58,739 nt of DNA from Geosiphon pyriformis uo1. Lineage: Eukaryota; Fungi; Glomeromycota. The position numbers and the translations under genes were made by a program. This document shows, one piece after another, positions 51,782 through 58,739 of this stretch (its first letter is position 1; each line of letters opens with the position of its first letter). The notes below the pieces were generated by a model. The model saw only the letters and a program-made list of their open reading frames with translations, did not search any database and had not been told where the DNA came from. The stretch spans positions 9,581-68,319 of the forward strand of contig JAAOMT010000397.1 in NCBI GenBank assembly GCA_016748015.1, given 5' to 3'.

Positions 51782-53571
51782 TGAGTGAGAGGTAGAGACA
51801 CCGAATGCACATCTATACTATCCACTTTGGCCGAAAGGCCCAAAACCGTTTCCATTAGACACTTTATGCTGTCTTCCAGCTTAGACACCGAAGACATATC
51901 GAAAGACACTGCTCTCACAACAGTCTCACCACCAGTGAACACACCCGAGCTCTCACTCATCACTACATCCACCCCTTGATCCTGTGATGAAGAGGTCACC
52001 AACGGCTGACATCCAGGGCTAGGCTGGGGAACCATTGGTCCAAATGCATCCAATCTCTTAGCCAGCTTACCAACTTGCTCCGCGAGGCTGGTGAGACTGC
52101 ACTCAAGAGTGGCGAACCTATTGTTGACCTCCATTGTAACCAGTAGGGACAGCTTCATCTCCAAAAAAGAGCCATTATCCACCAAAACATTCTGACTAGA
52201 AAGAGGGAGAGAAGAAGACCTGCAAGCAACTTTTGCCCAAGATGGATCACCAAAAAAGACCAGACAAGCAACTGAAGCCAAGCATTTGGCATAGATGGCT
52301 GCCAGCCTGCTTTTATCTGTGTCCGAGAAAGCCCTACATGACAAATTACCAGAAGAAAATTTCCCACCAACAACACAATCCAATGACATATGACCCAACT
52401 TCTCACACTTGGTGCATTTAGCAGAAATGAGGCAAGACCAGTAGAGATTGGCGTTTTTAAGTACTGATGTGGTTCCCACAGCAGCATTCAATGATTCAGC
52501 AGAGTCGAAGCAAACAACAGCACACCTGGCCTGAGCATACATAACAGGATGATGATCAATGACACATGTTTTCTCATCCACAGATCTAACAAAGTCCCAG
52601 ATATTATGAGCATTAGTCCCCATTGGCAATGTGTAGAACAGTGCCCTATGTCAATTCCTTGCATCCCATGTCTTTTTGTCTGAATTAGCTCTAGCCATGC
52701 ATACAGCATCTTTCCCAATCAGAATAGACCACTCAGCTGCAACCAAATCAGCCTGATCCGATTGCTCGAAATCTACCACTGCCTTCTGTCACAGCCTGAT
52801 TAATTGCATCTTGATCACCTTAATAACTCCAAACTCGGATAATGCAACGCGCACAGCTTCAGCTGACATTTCAATCAGAATTTTTTTTATGACCACAGCC
52901 TGATCTAACCACCCAAATGATTTTTTGAGATTGGTGTTTACTAGGATCTTCGCACTCGCAGCCTTATCAGTAGCTTTCATTAGACTCGATTCAGAAGTGA
53001 ACGTCACTTTGATGATCTCTGAGAATTTTGAAGGAGTAGATGCCCTTCCAAAACCATTGATTCCAGAAAATAATTTCCTCACCACCACAAGCTTTTCCTG
53101 AGAAAATTTGCTGGCCACCTTATCTAAGCTAATATCCAATGCAAATGACTTCCTGACTGGAACATTAACTAAGTTTTTCATAGGAGGGGGGAGCTTAAAA
53201 GGAGCATCTGAGAGAACACTATCATCATCACTACTCTTTGAGAAATCAATCTTTCCCAACGACTTGCCCAATGCCTTCTTGGTTTTAACTTTTGAACCCG
53301 TGAGTGTTTGATCATGATCTCCACCAGCCAGAGCACCACTTTTACCATAATCAAAGCTGGTCTTCTCTACCAGACACTCTTCTTCCATATTAACACTCTT
53401 AGATTCAGTAGTGTCCCCAGTCTCTGAACCCCATGAATAGCTCTCCTAAACTTTAGAAGCTACTTTTTTACTACTGGAACCATCTTCCAAAACACCTCCC
53501 CTCCTCTTCTTTTTCGACAAGACTGTTTCAAAACCACCACCAGAACTAGAACTCTTAGCAGCCTTCTTCAT
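51778..53571 (-). pseudogene. LINE ORF1
   Basis: MKKAAKSS start at 53571; RRM-like segments, CTKCEKLGHMSLDC knuckle, coiled coil; several in-frame stops. Confidence 0.88.
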
Positions 53572-54978
53572 GATAGTAGTATTTGGGCCAACAGCAATCT
53601 TGTAATCAAACAAAAACAGTTTAGAGATATCGTACTGAATGGTAAAAATTCTTTTGAAAAAACTTTTGACTCTTTTTTGGGAATTTTGGATGAAGAAAAA
53701 AAGGAATTTGCTTTTTTATTTTCAGTTATATTTTAAAATATTTATTTAAAATCTATAAATAAAAAAATAAATTAAAAAAACATTAAATAAAATATATTTT
53801 AACCAAAAATTTGGCCAAAAACAACTATTTAAATTTATAATTTACTATTATAAATGATTATATAAAAAATAAAACATTTTTTTTAACATAAAAATTAACA
53901 AAATAAGATTAATTAATTTAAAAAAACATATATTTTTAGAATTTATTAAAAAATTTTTTAAGTAAATTATATTTTAATTTAAAATATTTAAAATATTTAT
54001 AATTTTTACTAAAAATACAAATAATATAATAAATTTAATTTAAATTTTTTTTAATTTTAAAATAAATAATTATATATTATATTTTATAATAATATATATA
54101 ATTTATAATGTAAATTTTTTAGATTTATTTAAAAGATTATTATAAACAATAATATACATAAACAAAATAAACAATACAATTTTAAATTTATTTTTTTGTT
54201 TTTATATTGTTTAATTTTTATTAGTCTTAATTATATATATAAAATTTTTATTAATTAAAAAAATATTTTAAAGCCAATAAATTAATCTAATTAAATTTAA
54301 CATATTTTATTATAGCTTTTTATTATAATCTAATTAGTTATTATTAGATTAATATAATTTTATTAAATTTAAATAAAACTAAAATAATTATTTTTTTAAA
54401 AATATTATGAATTTTTTTTTGAAAATTATAACTTATTTAAATATATTTTTTGTTTTTCAAGATTTTTGTTTATTTAGATTTTTTTATTTTTAATTAATGT
54501 TATAATTTTTTGCAAATTTTTTTTAAAAATAATATAAATCTAATAATTTTTTAAAATTATTTATTATAAAAAATAATTTTTTAACAATTATTAACAAATT
54601 AATATCTAAAATTTAAAGTAATAAAATAAAAATAAAAAAACTATTATTTTATTTGTATTTATTTTTTTAGGTTTAAAATATTTGATTAAAAGTATAAAAA
54701 AGTCTTACTTTTATTATTTGTTTTTTAATTAATATTAATATTTAAAAAAAAATTTATCTTTTTTACAAAATTAGTTTTTAAATTAATTAATACAAATATT
54801 ATCTAAAATTATTTTTAAAATTAAAATTATTTTATTATTTAAGTTTTTAATATTTTTAACCAACTCTTTAAATTTTTACGTAAAAATATTATTTATAAAA
54901 CCATAAATAGTTCTATTTATTGACTTTTTTTAATTATGATATTATTAATAATAGCTCTTAAATTTTTTTTTTTTTAAG

Positions 54979-55019
54979 NNNNNNNNNNNNNNNNNNNNNN
55001 NNNNNNNNNNNNNNNNNNN
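54979..55019. other. Assembly gap
   Basis: Run of N. Confidence 1.
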
Positions 55020-55319
55020 ATATATTTAATTTTCCAATTTTAAAACTTACAATTATGAAACGAATTTTATTCAATATTAAATATATAAAACAATAAGAAT
55101 GTTATTTTAACAAAACAAAAATAATTTAATGAATATTGCACAATACAATAATTATTAAAAAACAATTATATTATATAGGAATACGGCAGGGTTATAATTG
55201 AACAATAGCGGGTTTGTTACCTAAATACTGATAAATCAAAGATCTGAAACGTCATTGACACGAACCAAACATATATTAGGCCCATATCTTCCCAAACCAT
55301 AACAAACACGCAAAACACC

Positions 55320-57394
55320 ATGTCTGCTGTTGAAGATATTAAACGTCAATTAGAGGTGGCTACGACCCATTATGAGAGATGCGTGGAGAAGCTAGAGAAG
55401 TTTATGGAGGGTGAGAAGGGAGATAGATTAGAAGAGTTGAAGAAGAATCTGAGAGAGAAGGAGGATGTAGACGAAAAGCAAAGGAAGAAGTGGACAGAAG
55501 AAAAGGAAGAGTTGGAAGAAGAAGCAAATGATTTAAAAGTAGAGAAAAATGAGTGGAAGGCGCAGGTGCAAAAACTACAAAATTCTTTGATGGAAATAAC
55601 TAAGATAGGTAAGGACTTCGTGACTTGTGACTCAGGCGTTGGGGACAAAGTTTATGACTTTGGGTAATGACTCTGACTCATGCGTGTTGCACTCTTGCAA
55701 CTTCAACGTTCTTGAATGTTGTTGCACTTGCAGAACTCGAGCGTCCTCCAAAAAGACCACGCAACGGTATTGTACATTTTAACACAGATTTAAACGTTAA
55801 TGTTGATAGCCTCCCAGTTTTTAACAATTTCAACTATAGAGACCGACAAGACTGAGTTTCTATGTGAAAACCTCATTCAGCCATTTGATACTCTGCCAAC
55901 TCATGCTGGCCAGTTGGTGGACCTCATTAATAGGCCTCTTCTTGCAAAGCTTCCCGTGTGTTTATACTCGGACTTAGGAAAAGTATGACCTTGATTTTCA
56001 TATTAGCTGTTCTTAATCTATTCATAATTGACAATATTATCTTATTTTGACAAATGCCAGTTTCGAGAACTTGATGACTGTATCTATTTTGATGAAATAG
56101 ATAGGGAGACTGAATTAGCATTAGTGTTTAAGACTGCCCTCTCTCACATGCGGGCTACCAATGTTAAAACCGAACTAGCGGTGGCTACGTCCGTGGATTT
56201 ATTAGCCACACTTCCTCTGCAATTACTTTGCGATAACTCTGATTTTCGAATCGAATTTTCCCGTGACGAATGTGAAAAGTAAGTTTTCATTTTGTATGCT
56301 GTTCTTAATTTTTGTTTCCATGTCTAACAATAATTTTACACTTTGTTTTCTAAGGAAATATACAACGAATCAAAAAGCACTCCAGCGACAATAAAAAATA
56401 CTAAACCTGATCTTCTTGGATATGTTAAAGATGTACTAGTGATAAAAAATGAAGAGAAGGCTGCACGAAACGATCTTGAAACTGCCAAAGAAGAGCTCAT
56501 AGCCAATTTTAGCAAGCTCGATCCATTATATTTCGGGAATATTCAATTTTTAATTTGTTTTGCTGTAGCAAAGGACATTATGTGCTTTTATGCAATTGAT
56601 GGTCCCAGCAAGACGTTGGTTCCACTGTCCACAGAACTTTACCTGGAAAATGTCAATGCTCGATACACAGCTCTCAAGATATGCATCAATATTGTTCGTA
56701 TCCTTAAAACCATGATCACAAAGAATGCCTTCCCTGCTAAAGTAATCCCTCTCGGTAAGTCACTGGACCTCGGACATTCTACAATTACTTTCTTTGAAGA
56801 CCATGTTAAGAAAGTTGTTCCGGAGAGTGAACTCTATGACTTAGAGAAGGACGACAAACGTGTTGATACATTAAAGCACATGTACGAGCTTGCCAAAGGT
56901 CATCACGGACTCGTTCAGATCTTCAAAGCACCATCTTTAAAGCAGGAAGGCCAGGGAAATATACAGTTAAACTGAAGACACGTGGCCTTGAACGCTCACC
57001 GGAAAACGAGGAAACAACACGAGTGATGACGCGCAGTTTGCTAACTGGACTGAAGACACTTCATCAAAAAGATTACGTCCATCGCGACATTCGTTCATCG
57101 AATATTATTTACGATTCGAATAATTCTCAAGGCTACGAATATGTTCTTATTGATTTCGAGCATGGAGGTAAAATAAACGAAAAATTCGACAGCTTATTGA
57201 CAGACTGGGATGATGGCACGTGTGATGAGAATAATATCTACACAACTCTTTCGGACATGTATCAATTAGGCAAGTTATTAGAAAGGCTTAATACGGTGTT
57301 CTCCAATGATGGACAGGACTTTATAAGCAAATTGAAAAAAAAGATGCTGGAAGCAAACGTAGCGCTCCAACATCCATGGATTGCTTCAATTTGA
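55320..57394 (+). CDS. Spliced Crinkler-type protein: N-terminal coiled coil, REase-like domain, C-terminal protein kinase (one frameshift near 56940)
   Basis: Frame-consistent exons 55320-55608, 55734-55766, 55840-55982, 56061-56278 and ~56378-57394 with GT-AG introns (last acceptor uncertain). Motifs KPDLL..VLVIKNEEK, HRDIRSSNI, LIDFEHG, SDMYQLG. CpG is retained, unlike in the flanking repeats. Confidence 0.75.
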
Positions 57395-57599
57395 GTTATA
57401 AATAATGTATTTGGTGACTTGATCTTTATTTGTTAATGTATGTATATGTAGCTTGAGGACGCTACAATATTATTGATAAAAATAAAATGTGAGCGAATGA
57501 AACTTTTCTGTATTCTTGATTAGTAAGTAATGTGTATAGTCTTATTACATTATTGAAAATTTTTTTGCAAAAGTGAGAAGACTGGCTAAATTTAGAATT

Positions 57600-58090
57600 G
57601 ATACAGTATGGATGTTTAAAGAAATGAATATGCTGGTTCCTAGACTCTTTGCTTGATGAGAATGGCAGTTCCTTCCTGTTTACACACAAAACATTCTTTT
57701 ACAGTAGAAACTGGTAACCACTTATTTAAATGAATTGATATCAATATTATATGTAATTGAAAATTTGTTTGCATAAAGTAAATAATACTTTACTTTTACA
57801 TGTGTATTTCTGGAATTTATGTGTTAAAACATTAAGCTCTGCTTATTCTGAGGTATTGACTGTACCAGTGCTGATGCAAATACAAACTCGTTGGAAAAAA
57901 AATTCCTGACATACTATCAAATAAGGCTTTAAAAAACCCTCTTCATAATAATTGATTCATATTTTATCTCTTATCCTTTGTCTTTTATCCAAATCATAGA
58001 AAACAAAAAAATTACTAAAAATTGTCTATATGCTCATAATTTAAACCTGTGTGAATTTTGTCAAGAAAAATTCAATAAAAACTTTTCAAG
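57600..58090 (-). pseudogene. Possible decayed gene fragment (kinase C-terminus-like)
   Basis: Moderately complex sequence with intron-like breaks and a PQNKQSL (PxxRPS-like) motif; weak. Confidence 0.2.
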
Positions 58091-58739
58091 TGGTTGATAA
58101 AATAAATAAATAATAACTATTTAAATATTTCATAAAACATTAACCATATTAATTAGAGCATTTACTATGTTCATTTCTTAATATGATAAAATATACTTTT
58201 ATTCTTTCATTAACTAATTATAAAAGAATATTTTCTCACATCTAACTAAGAAAAAAAGTTTTCATTTATCTTTAATCAGTGTATCTAAGCATATTTAGCA
58301 CATTAAAAGTTGCAATTTAATACGGAACCAAATTAAGATATAATAAAGTCGAGTAATAATATTTTTGATCAATTAAAAAAAGATATGACTTTTTAATTGA
58401 TTAGGAAGCCAAAAACCCAATCCCCTATTTCGGATTAGGTTTAATTATTTTGCTTTTAAATATTTAACAACAAAAAAAACTTTTCATTCCAGAAAATTAT
58501 TTGGTTACGAAATAATCACTAAGAAATATAAAATTTATTAAACCGCTCAAGATTCTTTTAAATTGTTCTAAATTTAAGTATTATAAAAATAAAAATAAAT
58601 CTGAAATAAAATTTCTAAAATTAAAGAGAGAATTTTTGTAGCTAATTGAATTACAAATCTTTGTTTTAACATTTAAAATATAATATTATAGATTTATTTA
58701 GCTAATAAATTAAGGACTTCTGTTTTATTATATCTTTAA

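Larger units (their letters stand above)
46979..53710 (-). mobile_element. Full-length LINE (~6.7 kb) with RNase H, decayed
   Basis: ORF1, ORF2, a ~115-nt 3' UTR and a (TAA)n tail at 46979-46998. Confidence 0.93.

Noticed and set aside
36616-53311. Many antisense or off-frame ORFs over the LINE cluster (e.g. 37495, 37935, 39795, 44760, 46462, 53108)
   Set aside because: Shadows of the real ORF1/ORF2 frames, with no motifs of their own.
1975-53571. Alternative genetic code or stop-codon readthrough to explain the many in-frame stops
   Set aside because: All three stop types occur at positions that differ between copies and mostly derive from CAA/CAG/CGA/TGG, together with frameshifts. This indicates mutational decay.
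55370-55648. Antisense Ser/Phe-rich ORF
   Set aside because: Mirror of the Glu/Lys-rich coiled-coil exon.

Overview
This is a very AT-rich eukaryotic window made almost entirely of nested, decayed transposable elements. It looks fungal: the element and protein types resemble Glomeromycotina such as Geosiphon, which is an inference. 1-10.6 kb holds a MULE transposase relic, a complete Tc1/mariner-like DNA transposon (26-bp TIRs, TA TSDs) carrying a solo LTR, a Crinkler-like NTPase/REase pseudogene and a Sola-like transposase relic. 10.3-36 kb is a nest of two Ty3/Gypsy families (called A and B here) inserted into a second Tc1-like element and into each other. Both families carry a dUTPase after the protease and an extra ORF between integrase and the 3' LTR. 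36-54 kb is a LINE-only cluster separated by nearly G/C-free spacers. It contains one 3'-truncated LINE, one full-length LINE (ORF1; APE-RT-RNase H-CCHC ORF2) and three copies of an ORF1-only element with no ORF2. These three end in the same 3' UTR, hairpin and simple-repeat tail as the autonomous LINE, i.e. a HAL1-like ('half-LINE') family, which is the top candidate for an undescribed system. 55.3-57.4 kb holds the only gene-like, CpG-retaining locus: a spliced Crinkler-type coiled-coil/REase/kinase gene with one frameshift. Repeats show heavy C>T/G>A decay. All calls come from manual reading and translation; no database searches were run.
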